Notes: generated by a model not told the origin, from the letters alone. 64,000 nucleotides of DNA from an uncultured Desulfobacterales bacterium (GCA_942490765.1 CALNYM010000006.1:165-64164), one strand, 5' to 3'. Numbered from the stretch's first letter, positions 37,821-47,274 are shown. Translations and numbers: made by a program.

Positions 37821-38026
37821 CAGATAACCTGTCTCCTAATAGCGGTGGTGCTTATCAATGCTGTTTATCGGCTTCAGGCGATAAAAACAACTCAAAAATA
37901 CCAGCCTTGAACGGCCGGTTTCAGGTTTTTGCAAATTCGTTCATGGAATCGATACCCTGGTGCCGACAGCCGGTAAAAACGATTTGAAGAAAAATTAAAA
38001 CATGCTATAAGTGGCATTTTTGTTAA

Positions 38027-38081
38027 CCCTATAGTTGCATAAAAAACATGCGCTATTGATCTAAATCCGCCAAGAGAAAAA
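38027..38081. promoter_or_regulatory. conserved 55-nt motif, copy 2
   Basis: See 16792-16846. Also 207 nt from the nearest minus-strand start codon. Confidence 0.6.
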
Positions 38082-38161
38082 GTTCAACGAGAATGATGCA
38101 ATTTTTAAGGAATTCAACGATGGTGATATCCAGAAAAAGTACAAAAGGGCACAATTTTTTA

Positions 38162-38291
38162 CCCTCCGGGAAAGCCGGATGACTCCAGATCCTTCGTTAT
38201 CAAGGGATTGCGGTAGATGACGACAGCTTCACCCTTGATGCCTCGGCTCTGAAGCCATCCGGCTTTTGCAACGATAGGGTTAACCCTTCAC
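38162..38291 (+). repeat. structured repeat C, copy 2
   Basis: Perfect 11-bp outer stem aaagccggatg (38171-38181) / catccggcttt (38256-38266). Inner hairpin atccttcgttatcaagggat. Confidence 0.8.
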
Positions 38292-38335
38292 GGCCAAAGC
38301 CAGTACCGTTTGGCAATAGGATAAATCGGCGTAAA

Positions 38336-38518
38336 ATGAAAAATACTACCATACCGTGCCCGGCATGTGAAAGTCCGCTGTCGCTTCAACGGTCATGACA
38401 GCGCCTTCGTTTGCACTGCAGGTCCTGCGGTAAAACCTATTCACTTGATCAATTTTCCGGTTTAATGGATGATGCCTTTGAAGCGCTGCTGGCCCATATT
38501 CCCTGCGACCGGCTTTAA
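38336..38518 (+). CDS. 60-codon zinc-ribbon protein with one in-frame TGA (candidate selenoprotein or disrupted gene)
   Basis: MKNTTIPCPACESPLSLQRS-TGA-QRLRLHCRSCGKTYSLDQFSGLMDDAFEALLAHIPCDRL. The CPxC...CxxC pair spans the TGA at 38396-38398. Confidence 0.4.
38415..38431 (+). promoter_or_regulatory. SECIS-like hairpin
   Basis: acugcag-guc-cugcggu: a 7-bp stem with a G/U-containing apical loop starting 23 nt after the UGA. Confidence 0.35.
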
Positions 38519-38618
38519 CGGTTGTTGCTTTTTTATCAAGACCTGGCACGATGGGATCGTTATATCCACGGCCTTACACCCTTACCCGGATGTGTCCGGG
38601 TAACACCACCCGCAAATC

Positions 38619-39368
38619 ATGCAAAAAAATTTTAAACTTACCATCGAATACGACGGCACCGCTTACCACGGGTGGCAGCGTCAGCTGACGGACCGGACGA
38701 TCCAGGGGGAAATTGAAAGGGCTTTAGGCAAAATATGCAATGAAAAAATTGCCCTTATCGGTTCGGGGCGAACGGATGCCGGGGTTCACGCCCTGGGTCA
38801 GACCGCCAATTTTCATTGCCGTTGCCGCCTGGAGGCCTCTGATTTTCAAAAGGCCTTAAACAGCCTTTTGGGCGCTGATATTGTGATCCGTACCTGTGAG
38901 CCGGTTGCAGACCACTTTCACGCCCGCTTTGATGCCCGCTCCAAGATTTATCAGTATCGAATTTTAAATCGGAACCTGCCATCGGCCATGGTTGCCCGGT
39001 ACACATGGTTTATTCCCCGGGGTCTGGATCGTTTGGCCATGCACTCGGCTATGGGGCATTTGACGGGTGAGCATGATTTCAAAGCGTTTGAAGGCACGGG
39101 CAGTCCCCGGGCCCATACCGTTAGACACATTTATCGACTCGATTTGATGGAAAAAAAAGAGGGACACCTGGTATTTGACATTGAGGCCAATGGATTCCTG
39201 CGGTTTATGGTCAGAAATATCGTGGGCACTCTCGTGGACGTGGGGCTGGGCAGGACCCATGCTGATGATGTTAAGGCGATTCTTCTGTCCAGAGACCGCA
39301 GCCGGGCCGGGGCCACGGCGCCGCCGAAGGGGTTGTTTCTAATGCAGGTCTGCTATGATCAACCTTGA
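38619..39368 (+). CDS. truA: tRNA pseudouridine(38-40) synthase
   Basis: IEYDGTAYHGWQRQ...GSGRTDAGVHALGQ. Confidence 0.9.
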   Translation: MQKNFKLTIEYDGTAYHGWQRQLTDRTIQGEIERALGKICNEKIALIGSGRTDAGVHALGQTANFHCRCRLEASDFQKALNSLLGADIVIRTCEPVADHFHARFDARSKIYQYRILNRNLPSAMVARYTWFIPRGLDRLAMHSAMGHLTGEHDFKAFEGTGSPRAHTVRHIYRLDLMEKKEGHLVFDIEANGFLRFMVRNIVGTLVDVGLGRTHADDVKAILLSRDRSRAGATAPPKGLFLMQVCYDQP

Positions 39369-39540
39369 TGGCGTCGTAAAAAGTCTCCATCTACTGCGTT
39401 ATAGGGATTTTCCAGAGACTCGACATACCATATGTATGCCTTCGTCCCTGGAAAATCCCTATGCCTTGTATATGAAGATTTCTACTTAGCCATCTAAAAT
39501 ACTTTTTATGAGGCCGTCTAAATCCGACTTTTTACGAGTT
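39367..39540 (+). repeat. R2 repeat, copy c
   Basis: Starts inside the truA TGA. Central 15-bp hairpin atagggattttccag / ctggaaaatccctat. Confidence 0.85.
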
Positions 39541-39560
39541 TACCAACCTTAGAGGGTGGG

Positions 39561-41381
39561 TTACTGACCGGCCTTGCTCTTGATTTCCCGGAGTTTCTGG
39601 TTGTAAAAATTAATGACCTCTCTCCGGTTGAGCATACCGAGCAGGATGCCGTGGTCATCTTCCTGGACCACCGGCAGACTATCGATGTTTTTGGTGGTAA
39701 ATTTCTGCAATACTGTGTTGAGATCGTCGGCCATGGTCGTCACGATGATATCCGGATTGCCGATATCCTTCATAACCACCAGATTTTCTATATCACTGGA
39801 AAAGAGCACGGACCGGATATCCGTACTGGAAAAAATACTGATGAGTCGGCCCTTCTCGTCCATTACCGGGAAATAGTGCTGTTTGGTGGCGGCAAAATAT
39901 TTTTTAAACTCTAAAAACGGCATATCCTGAGGAACCAGGGCCACTTTTTTGATCTGCGACATTAAATCCTTGACGCGGATGGTCTGTAGAATATCGATAA
40001 AAAAATCGCCGGCATGGGCCGGCGAGTCAATTTTTCGCCGGACCTGCTTGACGTAAATCGTCCATTTTTTCGAAGCCAGATAGGCAACGGAACACACCAG
40101 CAGACTGGGCAGCAGCAGGTGGTAGGAGTTGGTCATTTCGCTGACAAAAATAATCGTGGAAATCGGCGTGTTGGAAACCGCCGTAAAAAAACCGGCCATT
40201 CCCACGATGACAAATGCCCCGGGTGCCGTGACAATGCCGGGCATAATCTGATGAAACATCAGGCCCACCACTCCCCCCATGGCCCCTCCGATAACAATGG
40301 AAGGACCGAAGACACCCCCGCTGCCGCCGGAGCCGATGGAAAAGGAGGTGGTGAAAATTTTGCCAAAGGCCAGGCACAGCAAAAACGGGATCGTCAGTTC
40401 GCTGTAAAGGGCCTGCTGGGCAAACCCGTAGCCGAAAGCCAGGGTCTGGGGCAGAAAAAAACCGATGGCACCGGTGCACAGGCCACCGATGGCGGGTTTG
40501 AAATGATTGGGAATTTTAAGTGATTTAAACAGATGGGTAATCCCGTAAAACGCTTTTATGTAAAACACGCCGGTAAAGACCAGCACCATTGCCAGGACAA
40601 TATAGGGGCCCAGTTCCAACGGGTTCCGAAAAAGGAAATCCGGGGATTCAAACAAAGAGCCCCAGCCGAAGACCAGGCAGAACAGACAGTAGGCCACCAC
40701 CGAGGAGATACCGGCCGGGATAATCACTTCGGATTCAAATTCCGGATCCTTGTAAAGCACTTCGGCGGCAAACAGGGCTCCGGCTAAAGGTGCCCGGAAA
40801 ATACTGCCGACACCGGCGCCGATGCCGGCGGCCATCATGATGCGTCGCTCCCTTTCGGACAGCTTCAGCTTGGTGGCCAGAAAAGACCCAAAGCCGGCCC
40901 CGATCTGGGCGATGGGTCCTTCCCTTCCCCCGGAGCCGCCGGTGGTCAAGGTAAGGGCCGATGCAATGGTCTTGATCACGGGGACCCGGCTGCGGATAAA
41001 GCCGCCTGACCTGTGGTAGGCATCAATGGCGGCATCGGTGCCGTGGCCTTCCGCTTCCGGGGCAAAGGTATATACAAGCCAGCCGCTGACGATACCGCCG
41101 GCCGCCGGAAGGAACAAAAGGATCCATCGGTTGAACGGTGTGCTGGTGGGCGGCAGCAGATGGTGTTCCCCGGCCGGTGCCGGAGGACGATATCCGGCGG
41201 CCAGATCCATGAAATAATGAAGTCCCAGCTGGCAGAGATAATGGAAAACAACCGACCCGAGGCCCGCGATGATGCCGATGAGGACAAAATACAGGGTCCA
41301 TTTACCGGCATGGGCGATATGGCTGGCGCCATTGGGGCCGCCCGCTGTAATCATTTTTTTTAATTTTATATAAAAAGACAT
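39561..41381 (-). CDS. ClC-family chloride channel/antiporter with C-terminal CBS pair
   Basis: GGSGGREGP, GGVFGPS and GxxxP selectivity motifs. Two CBS domains in the last 150 aa. Confidence 0.9.
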   Translation of the reverse strand: MSFYIKLKKMITAGGPNGASHIAHAGKWTLYFVLIGIIAGLGSVVFHYLCQLGLHYFMDLAAGYRPPAPAGEHHLLPPTSTPFNRWILLFLPAAGGIVSGWLVYTFAPEAEGHGTDAAIDAYHRSGGFIRSRVPVIKTIASALTLTTGGSGGREGPIAQIGAGFGSFLATKLKLSERERRIMMAAGIGAGVGSIFRAPLAGALFAAEVLYKDPEFESEVIIPAGISSVVAYCLFCLVFGWGSLFESPDFLFRNPLELGPYIVLAMVLVFTGVFYIKAFYGITHLFKSLKIPNHFKPAIGGLCTGAIGFFLPQTLAFGYGFAQQALYSELTIPFLLCLAFGKIFTTSFSIGSGGSGGVFGPSIVIGGAMGGVVGLMFHQIMPGIVTAPGAFVIVGMAGFFTAVSNTPISTIIFVSEMTNSYHLLLPSLLVCSVAYLASKKWTIYVKQVRRKIDSPAHAGDFFIDILQTIRVKDLMSQIKKVALVPQDMPFLEFKKYFAATKQHYFPVMDEKGRLISIFSSTDIRSVLFSSDIENLVVMKDIGNPDIIVTTMADDLNTVLQKFTTKNIDSLPVVQEDDHGILLGMLNRREVINFYNQKLREIKSKAGQ

Positions 41382-41690
41382 GCGCTCTTGTATAATGGCT
41401 GACTGTTTCTACCTGGTGGCTGAGTGTCATTAAAAAACAATTGAAAAGAGAATCAAACCTTTTGTTTTTAATAACAAACTTAAAAAATTGCAAGAAGAAG
41501 TTGATATAAAAATAGTTCAATGCTACACTATTTGTTTGATTTTACCGTCACCGTCACCGGTGAGGGCTGACGAACCCAGGCGGATTGTTTTGCTTTCAAG
41601 GGTTTGACAGCATGATGGCTGAACGCTCATCGGCAGCATTTCAATTACAGAAAAATACCCGAAATTAATAAGTTTTAGGAACGACCAAAA

Positions 41691-42959
41691 ATGAAATTAA
41701 AACAACTTGATCCGGCAGATCGTGATCACCTAAAAGAGCAGCTTGTAAAACGGTATAATGAATTTAAATCCAAAGGCATACAGCTTGACATGACCCGGGG
41801 TAAACCCTGCCCCGAGCAGCTTGATCTTTCCCTGGAAATGTTGGATTGCGTAGGCCGTCATGAATATACGGCGGCGGGGGGAATCGATTGCCGCAATTAT
41901 GGCGGGCTGGACGGTATACCCGAAGCCAAGGCCCTTTTTGCCCAATATCTGGATGTGGACCCCGACGAGGTGATCGTTGGCGGGAATGCCAGTCTGGTCA
42001 TGATGCACGATACCCTCATGCGGGCCATGCTCCACGGTGTCACCGAGGGTGGCAGGCCCTGGGGAGGCTTGCCACAAATAAAATTTTTATGCCCGAGTCC
42101 GGGCTATGACCGCCATTTTTTCATCTGTGAATATCTGAACATCAAGATGGTGCCGGTTGCCATGACCGATAATGGGCCGGATATGGACCAGGTCGAAACA
42201 CTTGTGGCCGAAGATGACCGGATCAAGGGGATCTGGTGTGTTCCCATGTACAGCAACCCCACCGGTGCGGTCTACTCCGATGAGGTCATTGACCGCCTGG
42301 CCCGGATGCCCGCCAAAGCATCGGACTTCAGAATTTTTTACGACAATGCCTATGCCGTGCACCATTTCGGTGACAGGCCGAAAAAATTGAAAAATATCCT
42401 GACCGCCTGCAAGGCGAATGGCAACCCGGAAAGGGTGTTTGTTTTCGGATCCACCTCAAAAATAAGCTTTGCCGGCAGCGGTATCGGAATAATGGCCGGC
42501 AGCCGGAAGAATGTGGCCTTTATTAAAAAACAGATGGCTTATCAAAGCATCGGGCCCGATAAACTCAACCAGTTACGCCATGTAAAATTTTTCACAAATA
42601 TGGCCGGCATCGAAAATCACATGAAAAAGCATGCCGCCATTTTAAAACCAAAGTTTGATGCCGTGCAGGCGATACTGGAAGGGGAACTGGGGGGAAAGGA
42701 TATCGCGAAATGGTCGAACCCCATGGGTGGATATTTTGTGAGTATCGACACCCTGCCCGGATGTGCCAAAAAAGTGGTCAAAATGGCCTCGGATGCCGGT
42801 GTCAAATTGACGGCTGCCGGGGCGACATTTCCGTACCAGATCGATCCTTTTGATCAGAACATCCGTATTGCCCCATCATTTCCGGCGATGGCAGATATCC
42901 GGCCGGCAATGGAACTGGTAGCGATCTGTATCCAACTGGCCAGTATCGAAAGCGTCTGA
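41691..42959 (+). CDS. PLP-dependent aminotransferase (class I/II fold)
   Basis: LDMTRGKP...GGNASL...YSNPTG...STSKISFAGSG (Lys in SKxxxAG). Confidence 0.85.
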   Translation: MKLKQLDPADRDHLKEQLVKRYNEFKSKGIQLDMTRGKPCPEQLDLSLEMLDCVGRHEYTAAGGIDCRNYGGLDGIPEAKALFAQYLDVDPDEVIVGGNASLVMMHDTLMRAMLHGVTEGGRPWGGLPQIKFLCPSPGYDRHFFICEYLNIKMVPVAMTDNGPDMDQVETLVAEDDRIKGIWCVPMYSNPTGAVYSDEVIDRLARMPAKASDFRIFYDNAYAVHHFGDRPKKLKNILTACKANGNPERVFVFGSTSKISFAGSGIGIMAGSRKNVAFIKKQMAYQSIGPDKLNQLRHVKFFTNMAGIENHMKKHAAILKPKFDAVQAILEGELGGKDIAKWSNPMGGYFVSIDTLPGCAKKVVKMASDAGVKLTAAGATFPYQIDPFDQNIRIAPSFPAMADIRPAMELVAICIQLASIESV

Positions 42960-42970
42960 CCCAAAAACAA

Positions 42971-43000
42971 AAACCCCGCTTTATCCTGAAAGCGGGGTTT
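42971..43000. terminator. bidirectional hairpin between convergent genes
   Basis: aaaccccgcttt-atcctg-aaagcggggttt. Confidence 0.5.
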
Positions 43001-43021
43001 ACCAGTAATTCGCGGGCAACA

Positions 43022-43300
43022 TTACCTGTTCCCTCTCTTGGATGCCTTGATTGGATTAACTTTTGATTTCTTTCCAACAACAAGCGAAGAGACATGTGTT
43101 GCCAGATTGCAATTTCCATTTTTCCATTTCACTGAAGGATCAGGGCAGGCGCTGCAATACCAGCCTGAGGGAAATTCCTCACTGCGTTTACACCCCTCAC
43201 ACTGCTCGACAATTACATGGCAAATCCCGCCATTGTAAGAACATCCCTGGGCTGTCATAAAAGGACACTCTTTTCCGTTTCGGATAGTTGTACAAATCAT
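43022..43300 (-). CDS. PxxKW-family cysteine-rich small protein
   Basis: Multiple CxxC motifs and CPDPSVKWKNGNCNLATHV (P-x-x-K-W). ATG at 43300 has an AGGGGTG SD. Confidence 0.75.
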   Translation of the reverse strand: MICTTIRNGKECPFMTAQGCSYNGGICHVIVEQCEGCKRSEEFPSGWYCSACPDPSVKWKNGNCNLATHVSSLVVGKKSKVNPIKASKRGNR

Positions 43301-43610
43301 TGAAATCACCCCTTTCTTATTTTATTTAAACAATACATAAAAAAAAAGGCCTGGCACATATTTGCCCGGCCCTGCCATGCAGGCTGAAAAATCTGAAGCA
43401 ATATAATGGCCTGGCAGCGGGTTGTCAATAAAATTTTTCGCATCCGGCTTATGGAAAAGGGCCTTGCTTTTTTAGGCAAAACCGTCCAAAATATTTTAGA
43501 TATCGTTCTGGATGTCACGACCCAGGGGTTCAAGAACCGTGATATCAGGTACCGGGCAGGTTATTTTGGTTGTCAAAATTAAATACTCAAAACAGGAAAC
43601 ATATTCATAA

Positions 43611-44585
43611 ATGGTTCTGCAGCAGGCAATTGATGTTTTAAAAATAGAGGCCCAGGGCATTATGGGGCTGATCGAGCGGCTTGATGATAATTTTATCAAA
43701 ATGGTCGAACTGATATATCTTTCAAAAGGGCGTCTGATCATTGCCGGCATCGGCAAGTCAGGCATTGTTGGCCGCAAAATCGTAGCGACATTGAACTCCA
43801 CCGGCACCCGGTCTTTGTTTCTGCACCCGGTGGAGGCCATGCACGGGGATCTGGGGATGGTGTGCCGGGAGGATATTTTGATCGCCCTTTCAAACAGCGG
43901 TGAAACAGATGAGCTCAATATCCTGGTCCCCAGCATCCGCAAAATCGGATGTACCATTATCGCATTTACCGGTGTAAAGGATTCCACCCTGGCCCGGCAC
44001 AGCGATCTGGTGATTGATGTCGGGGTTTCCAAAGAGGCCTGTCCCATGGGTATTGTCCCCACGGCCAGTACCACCGCCATGCTGGCCATGGGCGATGCAC
44101 TGGCCGTGGTTCTCATCGATAAAAAACAGTTTAAATCAAGCGATTTTAAAAGAAACCATCCCGGGGGTATGCTCGGGCAGCGTTTGGCCATGAGTGTTAA
44201 CGATATGATGCTCACCGGCAGCGCGGTGCCCATGGTCCCTGAGAGCGCCACCATGGCCGAAGCCATCGAGGAGATCGATCGTGTCGGTTTAGGGGTTGTT
44301 CTGATTGTAACACCGGATAACCGCCTGGCGGGCATTATTACCGACGGTGATCTCAGACGGTGTATTGCCGGGAAAAAGCCGGTGGCGCAGCTTGGGATAA
44401 CAGCGGTCATGACCCGGGCACCCCGAACCCTGGGGGCATCGGTGCCTGCATACAAGGCTTTGAATTTAATGGAAAAGTACGAAATCACCGTATTGCCCAT
44501 CACGGATGATGATGGAAAGGTGCACGGTGTTCTGCACCTGCATGACATATTGGGAAAAGGTGAATTTAAATTCAACGGGAATTGA
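43611..44585 (+). CDS. kpsF: KpsF/GutQ arabinose-5-phosphate isomerase (SIS + CBS)
   Basis: IAGIGKSGIVGRK SIS motif. CBS pair at the C-terminus. Confidence 0.9.
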   Translation: MVLQQAIDVLKIEAQGIMGLIERLDDNFIKMVELIYLSKGRLIIAGIGKSGIVGRKIVATLNSTGTRSLFLHPVEAMHGDLGMVCREDILIALSNSGETDELNILVPSIRKIGCTIIAFTGVKDSTLARHSDLVIDVGVSKEACPMGIVPTASTTAMLAMGDALAVVLIDKKQFKSSDFKRNHPGGMLGQRLAMSVNDMMLTGSAVPMVPESATMAEAIEEIDRVGLGVVLIVTPDNRLAGIITDGDLRRCIAGKKPVAQLGITAVMTRAPRTLGASVPAYKALNLMEKYEITVLPITDDDGKVHGVLHLHDILGKGEFKFNGN

Positions 44586-44590
44586 TAAAA

Positions 44591-45922
44591 ATGCCGGAAA
44601 GCATCATTGATACCACCATCCCTGTACTCGGTGAAGCCAAAATTATATCACCGATTTTAACATCGGGAAGATACAGCCATCCGCAGTGCTTTGTATCGGA
44701 CCGGCAGCACGTGATGATCGCTGTGGATCCGGATCAGGTTAAGCATCTGTTTGACAGGGGGGGGGAGATTCCCGCCTTTGAGATGGCCGGTGCCCGGGAA
44801 AAAATCTATTTTGATCCCAGCAAGCTGCGCTGCGCCCTGGTTACCTGCGGTGGACTGTGCCCGGGGCTCAACGACATCATTCGCGCCATTGTCCTGGAAC
44901 TCTCCTTTGGCTACGGGGTTCGTCATATTTATGGCGTTCAATACGGTCTTGAGGGCCTGATGCCGAAATTCGGTCATGATCTCATGACATTGACCCCGGC
45001 AGTCGTGGCCGATATTCATGAAAGGGGCGGCTCTGTACTGGGGTCTTCCCGGGGGCCTCAGCCCATTGAGGAACTCGTCGACAGCCTGGAAAGGCTGAGT
45101 CTGGACACGTTTTTCATGATCGGCGGAGAGGGGACCCTGATGGCCGCCAACCGGATTGCCGATGCGGTGGGCCGGCGGGGGTTGAAAATCAGCATCGTCG
45201 GTATCCCCAAAACCATTGATAATGATATCCACCTGATTTCCCGCTCCTTTGGTTTTGATACGGCCGTTGAGGTGGCCACCATGTCCATCCGGGGGGCCCA
45301 TAACGAAGCCGTGGGATATCCCAACGGCATTGGTCTGGTCAAACTCATGGGCCGGCATTCCGGGTTTATCGCCGCCACGGCGGCCCTGGCCCAGCAGGAT
45401 GTCAATTTTGTATTGATACCCGAGGTGGATTTTGATCTTGAAGGCCCCGGCAGCTTTCTGGCGGCGTTGAAAGCGAGGCTGGCACTTAGAAAACATGCGG
45501 TGATTGTTGTCGCGGAAGGCGCGGGGCAGAAATTTTTCGACAGCACCGATTCAAAGCATGATGATTCCGGCAACATCCGGCTGCAGGATATCGGGCTGTT
45601 TCTTAAAAATGCCATTACCACTTATTTTAAAGATGCCCGCATCCCGATTTCACTCAAGTATATCGATCCCAGTTATATCATTCGGAGCCTGCCGGCCAAT
45701 GCCAATGATAATGTATTCTGCAGCTTTCTGGGCCGGGATGCGGTTCATGCCGCCATGACCGGCCGAACGAAAGTTATCATCGGCTACTGGAACGACCATT
45801 TCGTGCACGTGCCCATGGCGGCATCTGCCGGCAAATGCCGGCGCATTGATCCGTTCGGTAAATTATGGCTCAGTGTGCTCGAAGCCACCGGCCAGGGGCC
45901 ACTGACTGGCTCCGGTGCATGA
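44591..45922 (+). CDS. pfk: 6-phosphofructokinase (long, group III type)
   Basis: TCGGLCPGLNDIIR, IGGEGT, GIPKTIDND, MGRHSG. Confidence 0.85.
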   Translation: MPESIIDTTIPVLGEAKIISPILTSGRYSHPQCFVSDRQHVMIAVDPDQVKHLFDRGGEIPAFEMAGAREKIYFDPSKLRCALVTCGGLCPGLNDIIRAIVLELSFGYGVRHIYGVQYGLEGLMPKFGHDLMTLTPAVVADIHERGGSVLGSSRGPQPIEELVDSLERLSLDTFFMIGGEGTLMAANRIADAVGRRGLKISIVGIPKTIDNDIHLISRSFGFDTAVEVATMSIRGAHNEAVGYPNGIGLVKLMGRHSGFIAATAALAQQDVNFVLIPEVDFDLEGPGSFLAALKARLALRKHAVIVVAEGAGQKFFDSTDSKHDDSGNIRLQDIGLFLKNAITTYFKDARIPISLKYIDPSYIIRSLPANANDNVFCSFLGRDAVHAAMTGRTKVIIGYWNDHFVHVPMAASAGKCRRIDPFGKLWLSVLEATGQGPLTGSGA

Positions 45923-45933
45923 AGGGTGGCCAG

Positions 45934-47274
45934 TCAGAGAGGGGGTGCCAATACCCGGCAGATGACATCGGCATGTTTTTCGGCGGCCCCGCTGCCCGCG
46001 GCCACCGCTTTGCGGGCAAGCTGCCCGGCAGCCGCCGCTTTTTCGGGATGATTGAGATAATACAGCATTTTATCGGCCAGTTCACGGCCGTCTGCCACCT
46101 GGATGCCGCCGCCCGAAGCATCTAAAAGCGCCTTGGCATCCAGAAAATCTTCCATGGAAGGTCCAAAGAAAACCGGCATTCCCCATACGGCCGCTTCCAG
46201 AATATTTTGTCCGCCCAGGGGCACCAGGCTGCCGCCGCAAAATGCAAGGGTGGCGATGCTGTAGGTCGCCATGAGTTCGCCCATGGCATCCACCACCACC
46301 ACGGATGCTGTTCTCGGGCGCCCCCCGGGGCCGAGATCCGATCGGTACTGGCAGGAAAAGCCATGTTCGCCCACATGTTTTCCAATGGCGGCGGCCTTTC
46401 CGATATGCCGCGGTGCGATAATCAAAAGGGTGTTTGGAAAAACACGAACAATTTTTTGATAAACCACCAGGAGGATGCGGTCCTCACGACCGCGGACACT
46501 GCCGGCCACCAGAACCGGTTGTCCTTTTTTAACGGCGTATAGCTCCCGTATTGCCGGTTTTAATGACCCATCGGCTTTTTTTTGCAAAACATCGAATTTG
46601 GCATTGCCGTTTACCGTTATCCGGTCCGCGGCAGCCCCCAGCCGCGCTATCCGGCCTGCATCGGCACGTTGAATCATGCTGAACGCATCCACATGGGTCA
46701 ATGTCCACCGGATCAACGGCCGGATCTTCATATAACGGTTGATGGTGCGCATGGAAATCCGACCGTTTACAAGGGCGATTTTAATACCTCTTTTATGGGC
46801 CGCAGTCAGCCAGTTCGGCCATATTTCAGTTTCGAGGCAGACCAGTATGTCCGGCTGAAGCGTGGCAAGGGCTCTTTTTACGGCACCTGTAAAATCCAGG
46901 GGGGCATGGATACAGGTTGCTTTGGACCCGAGGTTGTTCACTGCCGCCCGAAAGCCCTGCTCGGTGGTGGCCGATACAATGAGACAGCAACCGGGCAGTC
47001 GGTTGCGCAGGCGGTCGATGATGGCCCCGGCAACATTCACCTCGCCCACGGAAACGGCATGCAGCCATATTCTGGGTGTGCCGTATAGTTGACGGGTGAC
47101 CCCGGTCCTATAGATCCCGGCCCGCTGGCCCAGCCCTTCACGGTATTGCCCTGTAATATGCGTGTACAGCCAGAAAAACGGAAAAAAAATAAAAAAAACC
47201 GCGCTGCTGAACAAGCGATATAAACCATAGACAAACCGGTCTGCCGGGTGATGATTAATTTTTTCCGTTGGCAT
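45934..47274 (-). CDS. waaA: 3-deoxy-D-manno-octulosonic acid transferase
   Basis: RIWLHAVSVGEV motif. GT30 architecture. Confidence 0.9.
   Translation of the reverse strand: MPTEKINHHPADRFVYGLYRLFSSAVFFIFFPFFWLYTHITGQYREGLGQRAGIYRTGVTRQLYGTPRIWLHAVSVGEVNVAGAIIDRLRNRLPGCCLIVSATTEQGFRAAVNNLGSKATCIHAPLDFTGAVKRALATLQPDILVCLETEIWPNWLTAAHKRGIKIALVNGRISMRTINRYMKIRPLIRWTLTHVDAFSMIQRADAGRIARLGAAADRITVNGNAKFDVLQKKADGSLKPAIRELYAVKKGQPVLVAGSVRGREDRILLVVYQKIVRVFPNTLLIIAPRHIGKAAAIGKHVGEHGFSCQYRSDLGPGGRPRTASVVVVDAMGELMATYSIATLAFCGGSLVPLGGQNILEAAVWGMPVFFGPSMEDFLDAKALLDASGGGIQVADGRELADKMLYYLNHPEKAAAAGQLARKAVAAGSGAAEKHADVICRVLAPPL

Noticed and set aside
41382-41690. Fluoride riboswitch upstream of the ClC gene
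   Set aside because: The ClC here is the long CBS-containing type rather than the CLC-F type, and no crcB-motif pseudoknot sequence was seen.
43352-43365. Sigma54 promoter TGGCAC-atat-TTGC upstream of kpsF
   Set aside because: The spacer is 4 nt instead of the required 5, so GG to GC is 11 rather than 12 nt. Likewise tggcacgatgggatc at about 38549-38563 lacks the TTGC element.
43496-44575. 359-aa antisense ORF opposite kpsF. Similar long antisense ORFs are at 17274-18125, 22045-22812, 26502-27137, 34831-35541, 36115-37041, 44657-45496 and 63031-63690.
   Set aside because: The opposite strand carries genes with unambiguous family motifs. The antisense products are R/G/P-rich and low-complexity, with no motifs.
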